Assembly (NCBI GenBank): GCA_030611505.1
Contig: JAUWPO010000003.1
Coordinates: forward strand, 1 to 45,415
DNA: 45,415 bases
Direction: 5' to 3'
Source of the DNA: Chloroflexota bacterium
Lineage (GTDB): Bacteria > Chloroflexota > Anaerolineae > Anaerolineales > UBA4823
Position numbers and translations under genes: made by a program. The notes below the pieces were generated by a model. That model was not told the DNA's origin. It saw only the letters and a program-made list of their open reading frames with translations, and did not search any database. Positions 36,374-45,415 of this stretch are shown here, piece by piece (position 1 is the stretch's first letter; the number at the start of each line of letters is the position of its first letter).

Positions 36374-36405
36374 AAAACGTGAAACGTGAGAGCGTTTCAC
36401 GTTTT
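36374..36405 (+). terminator. Perfect hairpin between gap and pgk (partial terminator or mRNA stabiliser)
   Basis: AAAACGTGAAACG-tgagag-CGTTTCACGTTTT is a 13-bp perfect inverted repeat; the loop can be U.G-closed GAGA. Confidence 0.65.
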
Positions 36406-36423
36406 CAATGCGCGGAGGTAATC

Positions 36424-37599
36424 ATGTTTAGTAAAAAAACAATTACTGATGTGGATGTCAATAAAAAACGCGTCCTTGTGAGGGTGGACTTCAACGTACC
36501 CTTGAAGGGTGATGAAGTCGCCGATGATACCCGCATCCGAGCCGCATTACCAACGATCAATTACCTGTTGGAACATGACGCGGCTGTGATACTATGTTCT
36601 CATCTTGGCAGACCGAAAGGTAAACCGGACGTGGAGCTAACGCTCCGTCCAGTGGCTGAACACCTTGCTGAATTATTGGACGAACCGGTTGCCTTTGCTA
36701 GCGATTGCATAGGACCGGTCGCGGAAGAAGCTGCTCATGAATTGGGATTTGGTGAAGTGCTGGTTTTGGAAAACACCCGTTTTCATCCTGGAGAGAAGGG
36801 AAATGATCCAGAGATGGCGCGCCAACTTGCTTCACTGGCAGATCTGTATGTTATGGACGCGTTCGGTTCAGCACACCGCGCTCATGCATCCACTGAGGGT
36901 ATCTCTAATTACCTCCCGGCGGTTGCCGGCTTCCTGATGGAAAAGGAAATTCAATACCTCGGTCAGGTAATTTCAGATCCCCAAAAACCATTCATTGCCA
37001 TTTTGGGGGGCGCTAAAGTTAGCGATAAAATTGGTGTTATTCGCAATTTACTTGCAAAGACTGATTTTATACTCATTGGGGGCGGTATGGCAAATACTTT
37101 TTTCAAAGCACAAGGCTACCCGGTGGGTGATTCTCTGGTAGAAGATGAAGCATTGGATACAGCTCGCGAGCTCTTGCAGGTAGCAGGATCACGTTTACGC
37201 CTGCCAGTTGACGTAGTTATCGCCAAACGGTTTGACAACGATGCTGAATCGAAAGTAATAGCGATGGCTCCTGTACCAGAAGGATGGCGAATCTTGGATA
37301 TCGGTCCTGAAACAGTCGCCGCCTATGATAAGGTGCTGCATGATGCTAGGACCATTGTGTGGAATGGACCAATGGGTGTGTTTGAATTCCCAAAGTTCGC
37401 TATGGGGACTTTTGGTGTTGCTGAGGCGGTAGCGGAGAGTGAAGCGGCTTCTATTGTGGGTGGAGGTGATTCTGTGGCGGCGATCAACCAATCTGGTTTG
37501 CAGGACCGCATCACACACATCTCAACCGGTGGCGGAGCTTCGCTGGAAATGATGGAAGGTAAAGTTCTGCCGGGGATTGCTGCATTAGAGGACAAATAG
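36424..37599 (+). CDS. pgk: Phosphoglycerate kinase
   Basis: Motifs [36 protein letters not shown] and [16 protein letters not shown] supports ATG 36424. Confidence 0.98.
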   Translation: MFSKKTITDVDVNKKRVLVRVDFNVPLKGDEVADDTRIRAALPTINYLLEHDAAVILCSHLGRPKGKPDVELTLRPVAEHLAELLDEPVAFASDCIGPVAEEAAHELGFGEVLVLENTRFHPGEKGNDPEMARQLASLADLYVMDAFGSAHRAHASTEGISNYLPAVAGFLMEKEIQYLGQVISDPQKPFIAILGGAKVSDKIGVIRNLLAKTDFILIGGGMANTFFKAQGYPVGDSLVEDEALDTARELLQVAGSRLRLPVDVVIAKRFDNDAESKVIAMAPVPEGWRILDIGPETVAAYDKVLHDARTIVWNGPMGVFEFPKFAMGTFGVAEAVAESEAASIVGGGDSVAAINQSGLQDRITHISTGGGASLEMMEGKVLPGIAALEDK

Positions 37600-37655
37600 C
37601 CGCCATTTATCTTCACTATGGAAAATGTGATTTAGAAAACAGAAAGAGGCTTATT

Positions 37656-38423
37656 ATGCGTAAACCATTTGTAGCTGGAAACTGGAAAATGAATAAAACA
37701 GTGGCAGAATCTCGTCATCTGGTTTCGGAATTGGTGCCAGGATTGCAAGCCATTGATGGTGTAGATAAAGTGCTTTGCCCGCCGTTTACCTCGTTGCTTG
37801 CTGTTGCAGCCTTGTTGGAGGGAACGGATATCGGATTAGGTGCCCAAAACATACATTGGGAAACCGCCGGGGCGTTCACAGGTGAGATCTCTCCCCCGAT
37901 GGTAGCCGAATATTGTCAATATGTGATCCTGGGACATTCAGAACGACGGGCGTATTTTGGGGAAACAGATGAAACAGTAAATCGAAAAATAAAGGCGGCA
38001 TTGGCACATGACCTGACACCTATCCTTTGTGTAGGTGAAACGCTTGAAGAGAATGAAGCAGAACGCACTAAGGAAGTGATATCGCGGCAAGTGCGAGAAG
38101 ATTTGTACGGATTGGAAGGAATGATCGAACCCGGGAATGAAAGTCCGCTAGTTATCGCTTATGAACCTATTTGGGCTATCGGCACGGGAATGGCGGCTAC
38201 TGCAGATGGAGCTGCCGCCGTTGTTTCTGATGTGATCCGTCCTACCTTGTCAGATTTATTTGGAGAAGCGTTCGCACAGACTGTGCGTGTTCTTTATGGT
38301 GGCTCCGTAAAAGGTGGCAATGCAGCCGAGTTCTTCAGCCAACCGGAAATTGATGGCGGGCTTATCGGTGGGGCATCTTTGAAAGTCGCTGATTTTATCG
38401 AGATCGTCCAAGCCGCCTCATAG
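37656..38423 (+). CDS. tpiA: Triosephosphate isomerase
   Basis: Motifs AGNWKMN, GHSERR, AYEPIWAIGTG, LYGGSV and GGASL. Confidence 0.98.
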   Translation: MRKPFVAGNWKMNKTVAESRHLVSELVPGLQAIDGVDKVLCPPFTSLLAVAALLEGTDIGLGAQNIHWETAGAFTGEISPPMVAEYCQYVILGHSERRAYFGETDETVNRKIKAALAHDLTPILCVGETLEENEAERTKEVISRQVREDLYGLEGMIEPGNESPLVIAYEPIWAIGTGMAATADGAAAVVSDVIRPTLSDLFGEAFAQTVRVLYGGSVKGGNAAEFFSQPEIDGGLIGGASLKVADFIEIVQAAS

Positions 38424-38470
38424 GAGATATAGATTCCCATAAAACATTTTTGAACCTGGTACGTTAATTG

Positions 38471-38501
38471 TGGCTCTTGCCTATGTGCTGGAGCCATTTT
38501 T
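38471..38501 (+). terminator. Intrinsic terminator candidate after tpiA
   Basis: TGGCTCttGC-ctatgt-GCtgGAGCCA followed by TTTTT. Confidence 0.5.
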
Positions 38502-38568
38502 GATATTTGATGTTGTTTATGGCTCGGGCAGTTCAAGATAATTTGACACCCACAATCAGTATGTGAAC

Positions 38569-38615
38569 TTGAAAGAAGTGCATCGTCGGAGTAAACTATA
38601 TAATGATGTTATAAT
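38569..38615 (+). promoter_or_regulatory. Promoter region of the glycan locus
   Basis: TTGAAA (38569-74), 17 nt, TAAACT; TATAAT at 38599-38604; perfect extended TGtTATAAT at 38607-38615. Confidence 0.55.
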
Positions 38616-38699
38616 CCGCCCCCGTGATTATGGAGAAAGTATTTTTGATGGTTATGCAGTATTTCATGACAAGTTCCGATGGTGAGGCATAATAGGGAC

Positions 38700-39206
38700 A
38701 TGGCACATTGTTGGTTTGCGATGAAGAGTAAGCCGCGCAAAGAAGAAGTGGTATGGCGTCAGGTTATTGCGCACGGTTTTGAAGCTTATTTCCCACGTTT
38801 ACGTGTTCAACCTGTAAATCCACGTGCCCGGAAGTTGGTTCCCTATTTTCCGGGTTATTTGTTTGTATGCGCTGATCTTGAAGATGTTGGATTATCTGTA
38901 TTCAAATGGATGCCGCATACAGTGGGATTAGTAAGTTTTGGTGGTGAGCCAGCGATTGTACCAGACAATTTAATTCATAGCATTCGTAAGCGGGTTAGTG
39001 AGATCAACGCTGCCGGCGGTGAAGTTTTAGAAGCTCTACAGCCCGGTGATGAAATCCGAATTTCCGAAGGTCCCTTCCAAGGCTACGAGGCAATATTTGA
39101 TTCGCGTTTGCCCGGAACAGTGCGGGTTCGGGTATTGTTGGAGCTGTTGGGAAGCCAGCGTCGTGTACCTATAGAGATGGATGCTGCCCTTATTAAACCA
39201 AAATAA
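38700..39206 (+). CDS. NusG paralog, RfaH/UpxY/LoaP-like transcription antiterminator
   Basis: NGN domain WFAM.SKPRKE...EAYFP...PYFPGYLFV...V.FGGEPA.VP; KOW PGD.IRI.EGPF.GYEAIF...RV.VLLELLG. First gene of a polysaccharide locus. Start ATG 38700 (or 38679). Confidence 0.9.
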   Translation: MAHCWFAMKSKPRKEEVVWRQVIAHGFEAYFPRLRVQPVNPRARKLVPYFPGYLFVCADLEDVGLSVFKWMPHTVGLVSFGGEPAIVPDNLIHSIRKRVSEINAAGGEVLEALQPGDEIRISEGPFQGYEAIFDSRLPGTVRVRVLLELLGSQRRVPIEMDAALIKPK

Positions 39207-39235
39207 TCGTCAACTGAAGTTCTAGGAAAAGAATT

Positions 39236-40303
39236 ATGAAAAAAGCGCTTATCACTGGCATTACTGGTCAGGATGGTTCATATTTAGTTGAGCTGTTGTT
39301 ATCCAAAGGCTATGAAGTGCACGGTTTGATCCGCCGGGCAAGCACTTTTAATACTAAACGTATCGACCATATCTATAGGGATCCTCACAACGGAGAGGAT
39401 GTATTGTTGTATCTTCACTATGGGGATTTGGCCAATACGGGAAATTTGGTAGATCTGATCTACGAGATTAAACCGGATGAAGTTTATCATCTTGCAGCCC
39501 AAAGTCATGTGCGGGTGAGTTTTGACCTGCCCGAATATACGGGAGATATCACAGGCTTGGGGACTATTCGCATTCTGGAAGCCATCCGAAAAAGTGGGTT
39601 AAACGCCCGGTTTTATCAGGCATCATCGAGTGAGATGTATGGAAACGCCAGGCCACCCCAAAGCGAAACCACACAATTTGAACCGCAGAGCCCGTATGCG
39701 GCAGCCAAATTATACGCTTATTGGGTGACGCGTAACTACAGGCAGGGATATGGTATGTTCGCCTGCAACGGCATACTATTCAACCACGAATCACCCCGCC
39801 GCGGTGAAACCTTTGTTACCAGAAAGATAACCCGAGCCTTGGCTGCCATTCGCGCTGGTTTGCAGGATACGTTATATTTAGGAAACCTGGACGCCAAACG
39901 TGATTGGGGATATGCGCCCGATTACATTGCCGCGATGTGGAAAATGCTGCAGCATGATAAACCAAGTGATTTTGTGATTGGAACCGGAGAAGCCCATTCC
40001 GTGCGTGAATTCCTTGATGAGGCTTTTGGTTATGTGGGTTTGGATTGGCACGATTATGTAAAGATTGATCCCCGCTACTTCCGTCCCACTGAAGTTGATT
40101 ACCTGTTGGCTGATTCCAGCCAAGCTCGTGAAGTAATAAAGTGGGAGCCACGGATTTTCTTCAAGGACTTAGTTCACATCATGGTGGATGCCGATATGGA
40201 ATTGTTAGGTCTCGACTCGCCGGGAGAAGGTCAACAAGCTATAGAAACCCATCATGGCAGGTGGCATCGCTGGCAAGATCAGGTCGTAAGCATGGAAGGA
40301 TAA
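39236..40303 (+). CDS. gmd: GDP-mannose 4,6-dehydratase
   Basis: Motifs [61 protein letters not shown] and RDWG. Confidence 0.96.
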   Translation: MKKALITGITGQDGSYLVELLLSKGYEVHGLIRRASTFNTKRIDHIYRDPHNGEDVLLYLHYGDLANTGNLVDLIYEIKPDEVYHLAAQSHVRVSFDLPEYTGDITGLGTIRILEAIRKSGLNARFYQASSSEMYGNARPPQSETTQFEPQSPYAAAKLYAYWVTRNYRQGYGMFACNGILFNHESPRRGETFVTRKITRALAAIRAGLQDTLYLGNLDAKRDWGYAPDYIAAMWKMLQHDKPSDFVIGTGEAHSVREFLDEAFGYVGLDWHDYVKIDPRYFRPTEVDYLLADSSQAREVIKWEPRIFFKDLVHIMVDADMELLGLDSPGEGQQAIETHHGRWHRWQDQVVSMEG

Positions 40304-40307
40304 CGGT

Positions 40308-41273
40308 TTGGTAAAAGCGCTAATTTTGGGAATTAATGGCCAAGACGGTTCGTATTTGGGTGAACTTCTACTCGAGAGGGGTGTAGAAGTAGTAGGCTGG
40401 ATTCCCAGCAGCATCCCAGTCAATTTAGAGAACATCCAGCATATTATAAAGAGGATTCAGCTCGTTGAGGGATCCCTTTCCGATCAAGAAGCTATCAACG
40501 CATGTATAGAAGAACATCGTCCGGATGAAATCTACAATCTCGCCTCACCATCATCGCCTGCAGCATCCTGGGATTCAACAGTTGAAGTGGGAGATATAGC
40601 TGGATTAGGTGTCGCGCGCCTTCTCGAAGCTATCCGCGTTGTTCACCCCGCTGCTCATTATTACCAGGCTTCATCGAGTGAGTTATTTGGCAACCCCGTA
40701 GATGTACCGCAAAATGAAACGACTCCCTTCCAACCAAGGAATCCATATGGTATTGCCAAGCTCTACGCACACTGGCTAACCGTGAGATACCGTCAAGAGT
40801 ATGGTTTGTATGGAGTTTCGGGTATTCTATTCAACCACGAAAGTCCTAGAAGGGGTCTTCAATTTGTCACCCGTAAAATCACACATACGGCTGCGAAAAT
40901 CAAGCTAGGTCTTGAAAGCGAATTGCACCTGGGAAACCTGGATGCACGCCGCGATTGGGGGTTTGCTAGGGATTATACTGAAGCGATGTGGTTGATGATG
41001 CAGCAGGAAGCAGCGGGTGATTTTGTGATTGGAACCGCTGAAACTCATTCTGTGCGCGAGTTTTGTGAACTGGCCTTCGGTTTCCTGGACCTGGACTATC
41101 GAGATTACGTGGTTCAGGACCCTCAGTTCTACCGGCCCTTGGAGAAAAGGCAGTTAATTGCCGATTACAGTAAGGCATCCAAAAAACTTGGCTGGCATCC
41201 AAAAATGAAATTTGAAGAACTTGTCAAATTGATGGTGGATGCCGATTTAGATACTTTACAATCTAATAGATAA
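40308..41273 (+). CDS. Second, divergent GDP-mannose 4,6-dehydratase-family protein
   Basis: Motifs [39 protein letters not shown] and RDWG. The RR and AAQSHV motifs are altered. TTG start. Confidence 0.85.
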   Translation: MVKALILGINGQDGSYLGELLLERGVEVVGWIPSSIPVNLENIQHIIKRIQLVEGSLSDQEAINACIEEHRPDEIYNLASPSSPAASWDSTVEVGDIAGLGVARLLEAIRVVHPAAHYYQASSSELFGNPVDVPQNETTPFQPRNPYGIAKLYAHWLTVRYRQEYGLYGVSGILFNHESPRRGLQFVTRKITHTAAKIKLGLESELHLGNLDARRDWGFARDYTEAMWLMMQQEAAGDFVIGTAETHSVREFCELAFGFLDLDYRDYVVQDPQFYRPLEKRQLIADYSKASKKLGWHPKMKFEELVKLMVDADLDTLQSNR

Positions 41274-41300
41274 ATCCATCAAATAAGAGATTGAGGTCTT

Positions 41301-42035
41301 TTGAATTCAGTAAATATCCTGGATGTCAATGTTTCCTGCCTTGATATTAATGGCATATTTGCATGTGTGAAAGAGTGGGTCGAGGGAGATCAGCGAAGGA
41401 CCATTCTGTATGTAAATGCCCACTGTTTAAATATTGCCAGTGAAGACACTTATTACCGCAGGTTACTAAATCAGGCGGACATCGTTTATGCAGATGGAAT
41501 CAGCGTGGTATGGAGCAGCAGTATTTTGGGCGGATGCAAATTGCAAAAGAATACGGGTGCCGATTGGATTGAGGATTTCTGCTATTTTGCAGAGCAGGAA
41601 TCGATTCGAATTTATATTTTAGCGGGAGGGGAAGGAGTTGCCCTGAAGGCTAAAGACAACTTGCTTAAAAGTTATCCGGCAATTAAAATTGTAGGGTACA
41701 GCGATGGCTATTTTAAAAACAAAAGTGAAGTCCAAGTCCAAAGTGAAATTGGAGTTTTATCGCCACAGGTCCTATTTGTTGGTATGGGTACACCCCACCA
41801 GGAAAGATGGATTTATGAACACCGGGAAGAGATTTCAGCTCCTGTGTGTTGGGGTGTGGGTGCTTTATTTGATTACGTTGCCGGTATTGAGTCCAGAGTA
41901 CCTCCCTGGATGGGCAGAGTAGGGTTGGAATGGTTCTACCGACTGATAGTTGATCCTGCTGGCAAGTGGGAGCGTTACATAATAGGAAATCCGCGTTTTG
42001 TGACGCGCATTATCCGGCAGAAATTGGGTATTTAA
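41301..42035 (+). CDS. WecB/TagA/CpsF-family glycosyltransferase (GT26)
   Basis: Motifs YVNAH, ADG, GAD, DGYF, FVGMGTP.QE.W, GVGALFD..AG...R.P and GLEWFYRL...P..KW.RY. TTG start, SD GAGG. Confidence 0.95.
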   Translation: MNSVNILDVNVSCLDINGIFACVKEWVEGDQRRTILYVNAHCLNIASEDTYYRRLLNQADIVYADGISVVWSSSILGGCKLQKNTGADWIEDFCYFAEQESIRIYILAGGEGVALKAKDNLLKSYPAIKIVGYSDGYFKNKSEVQVQSEIGVLSPQVLFVGMGTPHQERWIYEHREEISAPVCWGVGALFDYVAGIESRVPPWMGRVGLEWFYRLIVDPAGKWERYIIGNPRFVTRIIRQKLGI

Positions 42036-42069
42036 GTATGCGGTTCTTCTGAAAGGATATTGATTCGAG

Positions 42070-42549
42070 ATGAATTCTGTTCTTTTCATCTGCTCTGCCA
42101 ATGTATGCCGTTCTCCGATGGCTATGGGGCTGCTGCGCTCGATGGTCGAAGATTCAAGTGATCAGTGGAAGATCGAATCATCAGGAGTTTGGGATATGGG
42201 AGACCAACCGGCGGCATTAAATACCCAGTTGGTTTTGCAGGAACATGGTATCGATTTGAACGATCACGCATCGCGCACTGTTACAGGCATAATGCTCAGT
42301 GAGTTCAACCTGGTCCTGGTAATGGAAGACAATCACAAAGAGGTCTTAAAGTTGGCTTTCCCTGAATATACCGACCGGATTTATATGTTGAGCGAAATGG
42401 TGGGGGAAATTTTTGACATTGTTGATCCCATTGGAAGATCTTTGGCCGATTTTGAAGAAACTGCTCTTGAAATGGAGCGGATATTGACCGAAGGTTTTGA
42501 AAAGATAAGTATACTGGCTGCTGATAAGCCGATTATTTATGCCTCCTAA
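42070..42549 (+). CDS. Low-molecular-weight protein tyrosine/arginine phosphatase
   Basis: P-loop VLFICSANVCRSPMA (CX5R) and general acid DIVDP.G. Confidence 0.92.
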   Translation: MNSVLFICSANVCRSPMAMGLLRSMVEDSSDQWKIESSGVWDMGDQPAALNTQLVLQEHGIDLNDHASRTVTGIMLSEFNLVLVMEDNHKEVLKLAFPEYTDRIYMLSEMVGEIFDIVDPIGRSLADFEETALEMERILTEGFEKISILAADKPIIYAS

Positions 42550-44533
42550 CGAAGTTTCAAAGCTGCGTAATAATGAGCGGGATGGTATTATCCTGATCCT
42601 TATCCTTGCACTCCTGCATGGATTGATCTATGTCTACTTGCTTCCACCCTGGCAGCATTATGATGAACCCAAACATTTCGAATACGTATGGTTGATCGCC
42701 AACCATGAGGGGTTACCCAAACCAGGGGATCATGACCCGCAGATGAACCGGGCAGTGGTGGAATCTATGGTTGATAACGGTTTTTATCGAGATATGGGCT
42801 CACAACCTAGACTTGATTCTCCAGATCAATCAGTGACTATAGGTGGCTACTCGCAGTTAGATGGTCCTCCATTTTACTATTGGATTGTTTCACTTCCAGT
42901 TCGATTCATGAATGGCTGGAATGTCACAACTCAAATGTACATAGGGCGATTGGTATCATTAATTATGTATCTCATAACAGTTATGATAGCGTGGGGTATC
43001 ACTCGAGAGATAACCTTGTCAGGACATCCACTACGTTTACTGGTTCCGGGTACTCTAGCACTGTTGCCGGGTTATGTTGACATAATGACATCCATAAACA
43101 ACGATGTAGGTGCGGTTCTGGTAATGTCATTATCGCTGTGGGGGAGCTTGCGCCTGATGAAGCGTGGATTTTCCATTATTGATTTCATCTGGGCATCATC
43201 TACAGCTCTGCTCAGTATTTTCACGAAGAGTACCGCGGTTGTCAGCTTATTGATCCTGCCGATTGCAATTATATTTTCGTTACTAAAGGGTGCTAAGCAA
43301 AAATATGCCTGGTTTTTGATTTTTGTCAGTTTCCTCACCGTACTTGGAGCGGCTTTTACCTGGGATGATGCGGCCTGGTGGTACCGTTCAACTTCTCAAG
43401 CCGGTCCTACACGTGTCCAAGATGAAAAAGCAGTTTTTGGAAAATTTGCCTTTGTGATCGAGCCCCAGGCTGGTGTTACACCGCGATGGATGGTGCCACT
43501 CTTTCAACCCATTCCAATAAAGATTAGTCGTGAGCTGTATGGCAAAGATGTGACCCTGGGAGTATGGATGTGGGCCAACCAACCTATCGAAATTAGCACA
43601 CCTACATTAGGTACACCCAGTTCTAGGTATTCTGAGAGTGTCGAAGTAGATGAGAAGCCACGTTTTTATGGACTTCAAACCACGCTCACAGATACGAACC
43701 AAAGGATTTGGATTTCTCTGCCGGAAAATAAAACGACACCTGCCAATGATGTTCAAATCTATTATGATGGATTCGTTTTGGTTGAGGGTCATCGACCATT
43801 GGAAGAAGCACCTGTTTTCAGTTTCCCGGATGGTTCGGTTGGAAATTGGGGGGGGGAACCTTTCAGGAACTTGATCCGTAACGGCTCCGCAGAAAAAGCC
43901 GGACTGCGGTTCCGTCCTTGGTTAGATGGCTTAGGATCGAGATTCTTAGGGGATAATACACGCCCTTCGTTGATACTGACTTACTTGTATGATTGGTCTA
44001 ACGCCGGATTTATTTATAAGCTCACGATCCCTCGCCTGTTCCGAACTTTTTGGGGTAAGTTTGGATGGGGACATATCTCGCTCATTGGGGATCATCCTTA
44101 CCACTATTTAGCGGTCTTTACATTGATTATACTCGGTGGAGCAATGCTGAGGATTATTCGCAATTGGCGGATTCTTCACTGGGACGTGCTCCTTATACTC
44201 GGAATCGGGATCATTGCAGTGTGGTTTCCGGCTTTAGTCAGGGGAGCAATTTTTTTGGCGATTCCCCAAATCTATTATCCAGTGGCACGCTACATTTATC
44301 CGGTGATTATTCCTATGGCGATCGTGTTTAGCTTTGGTTGGCTGGAAGTTTTTCTTTTGTTGATACAATTCTTGGATTGGTTTACTGGAATTCTTAAAAG
44401 GACTGATGTTGGACCATCAGAACTACGAAAACAACCACCTCCGGAACTTCAAATTGTTATATATTTGGGTCTGTTTTTGATCTTGGATATTGCATCCATC
44501 ATCAGTATCGCAAGGTTTTATGAGATAATTTAG
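42539..44533 (+). CDS. GT-C-fold integral membrane glycosyltransferase-like protein (DUF2142/PMT-like)
   Basis: PPWQHYDEPKH luminal DE motif, PPFYY, SINND, TK and RY.YP; about 11-13 TM segments with a large soluble insert. Overlaps the phosphatase gene by 11 nt. Confidence 0.7.
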   Translation: MPPNEVSKLRNNERDGIILILILALLHGLIYVYLLPPWQHYDEPKHFEYVWLIANHEGLPKPGDHDPQMNRAVVESMVDNGFYRDMGSQPRLDSPDQSVTIGGYSQLDGPPFYYWIVSLPVRFMNGWNVTTQMYIGRLVSLIMYLITVMIAWGITREITLSGHPLRLLVPGTLALLPGYVDIMTSINNDVGAVLVMSLSLWGSLRLMKRGFSIIDFIWASSTALLSIFTKSTAVVSLLILPIAIIFSLLKGAKQKYAWFLIFVSFLTVLGAAFTWDDAAWWYRSTSQAGPTRVQDEKAVFGKFAFVIEPQAGVTPRWMVPLFQPIPIKISRELYGKDVTLGVWMWANQPIEISTPTLGTPSSRYSESVEVDEKPRFYGLQTTLTDTNQRIWISLPENKTTPANDVQIYYDGFVLVEGHRPLEEAPVFSFPDGSVGNWGGEPFRNLIRNGSAEKAGLRFRPWLDGLGSRFLGDNTRPSLILTYLYDWSNAGFIYKLTIPRLFRTFWGKFGWGHISLIGDHPYHYLAVFTLIILGGAMLRIIRNWRILHWDVLLILGIGIIAVWFPALVRGAIFLAIPQIYYPVARYIYPVIIPMAIVFSFGWLEVFLLLIQFLDWFTGILKRTDVGPSELRKQPPPELQIVIYLGLFLILDIASIISIARFYEII

Positions 44534-44660
44534 TTGTTGCATAAAAAAAAATCATCTTTGCACATCGTTTTTCTCAAGAATGCATAACTTTACTCTCGCA
44601 ATGGGAGTTTTGAGATTACTGAGTAAGCCCATAAAATTCCATTGGTCTTCGTGTGCAGTG

Positions 44661-44669
44661 TGGTAGAAT
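44661..44669 (+). promoter_or_regulatory. Extended -10 element upstream of the last ORF
   Basis: TGgTAGAAT, followed by SD GGAG at 44711-44714. Confidence 0.4.
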
Positions 44670-44723
44670 TTTGATCTATTGTCAAAGTGTGAAGATAGTT
44701 GAAGATTAATGGAGAATATTATT

Positions 44724-45415
44724 ATGCGTAAATGGAAGCTATTGAGCTTGATTTTACTCTTTTCGATTTTGGCGTCTTTAGGAGGTAGGTGGGGTACTCT
44801 TGCCGGGAATTCAGATACAAATCCTTTAATAAAAGGGGTTGCATTAGCAGCGCCTTCTGTAGATATGGATATTTATCTACCGATTATATTCAATAATTAC
44901 CCAGTACGAACGATCTTCGGCGTAGAGATGTATAATATTACTGAAGGCGGGGGCCTAAATGAAATTGAAGATGCGGGAGCAACTTATATCCGGCATAACG
45001 GGCTAATATGGGCAATGGTTGAATGGAATTACAGTGGAGAGAGGAATTGGGGGGCGGTTTCTTATTTAGATAACCAACTGATCAACGCTGCAGAACGGGG
45101 CATGGAAGTCATCCTGATCGTCCGCAGCACTCCACCATGGGCACGGGATGATCTTTACTCGCCGTGTGGTCCGATCAAGCCAAGCGAATATGCTGCTTTT
45201 GGCCAATTTATGCATGCAGCAGTTGAGAGGTACAGTGCTCCTCCATACAACGTTAAGTATTGGGAGATTTACAACGAACCGGATGTTCCTAAAAACACTA
45301 ATGAGCCCCCCTATGGCATGCCTTATGGATGTTGGGGAAATGAAAGCGATCCCAACTATGGGGGAAGTGCTTACGGCGAAATGTTGAAAGTGGTCTATCC
45401 ATACATAAAATCCGC
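44724..45415 (+). CDS. Secreted clan GH-A glycoside hydrolase (GH5/GH39-like), 3'-truncated; absent from the ORF track
   Basis: My translation from ATG 44724 stays open to the window end: MRKWKLLSLILLFSILASLGG (signal peptide)...DIYLPIIFNN...FGVE...W..VE...RSTPPWA...VERYS..PYNVKYWEIYNEPD (acid/base NEP motif). Confidence 0.85.
   Translation, partial: MRKWKLLSLILLFSILASLGGRWGTLAGNSDTNPLIKGVALAAPSVDMDIYLPIIFNNYPVRTIFGVEMYNITEGGGLNEIEDAGATYIRHNGLIWAMVEWNYSGERNWGAVSYLDNQLINAAERGMEVILIVRSTPPWARDDLYSPCGPIKPSEYAAFGQFMHAAVERYSAPPYNVKYWEIYNEPDVPKNTNEPPYGMPYGCWGNESDPNYGGSAYGEMLKVVYPYIKS

Noticed and set aside
38424-38699. secG or a tRNA after tpiA, as in many genomes
   Set aside because: No suitable ORF or cloverleaf; only terminator- and promoter-like elements.
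45148-45387. 79-aa ORF from the track
   Set aside because: It is out of frame inside the longer GH ORF starting at 44724, which has an SD, a signal peptide and the NEP motif.
1-45415. CRISPR arrays, IS elements, prophage, rRNA/tRNA
   Set aside because: No spaced direct repeats, transposase/integrase ORFs or RNA-gene signatures were seen by eye, and the intergenic gaps are short.

Overview
This 45.4 kb window is gene-dense core chromosome, most likely from a Chloroflexota (Anaerolineae-like) bacterium. That assignment is inferred from the 2xNuoM complex I, the CpXC protein, the YLPII-motif secreted hydrolase and the membrane-anchored YvcK. Contents in order: (1) the 3' end of a complex I operon nuoH-J-K-L-M1-M2-N, with two dissimilar nuoM genes and a NuoL whose lateral helix carries a visible 27-aa tandem duplication; (2) an Fo-only ATP synthase unit (atpZ/I-like, atpB, atpE, and atpF fused to the C-terminal half of delta), with its own promoter and terminator and no F1 genes; (3) murE, cupin, a stand-alone Lrp/AsnC ligand-binding domain, focA, a heterodimeric ABC exporter, uppP and tgt; (4) a signalling-rich block of class III aminotransferase, orphan GAF-PAS histidine kinase, CpXC helical-repeat protein, FHA-winged-helix regulator divergent from a receptor-less Ser/Thr kinase, and a membrane-tethered GH3/NagZ-like protein lacking the catalytic His; (5) an orphan CoA-transferase beta-like gene, GDPD, GT2, recJ, yvcK and gap-pgk-tpiA; (6) the start of an RfaH-like-led surface glycan locus (two gmd paralogs, WecB/TagA, LMW phosphatase, GT-C membrane protein, partial clan GH-A hydrolase). 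I saw no tRNA, rRNA, CRISPR or mobile element. The best candidate for an undescribed system is the kinase/FHA-wHTH/GH3-like module. All calls come from motif reading by eye; no database searches were run.
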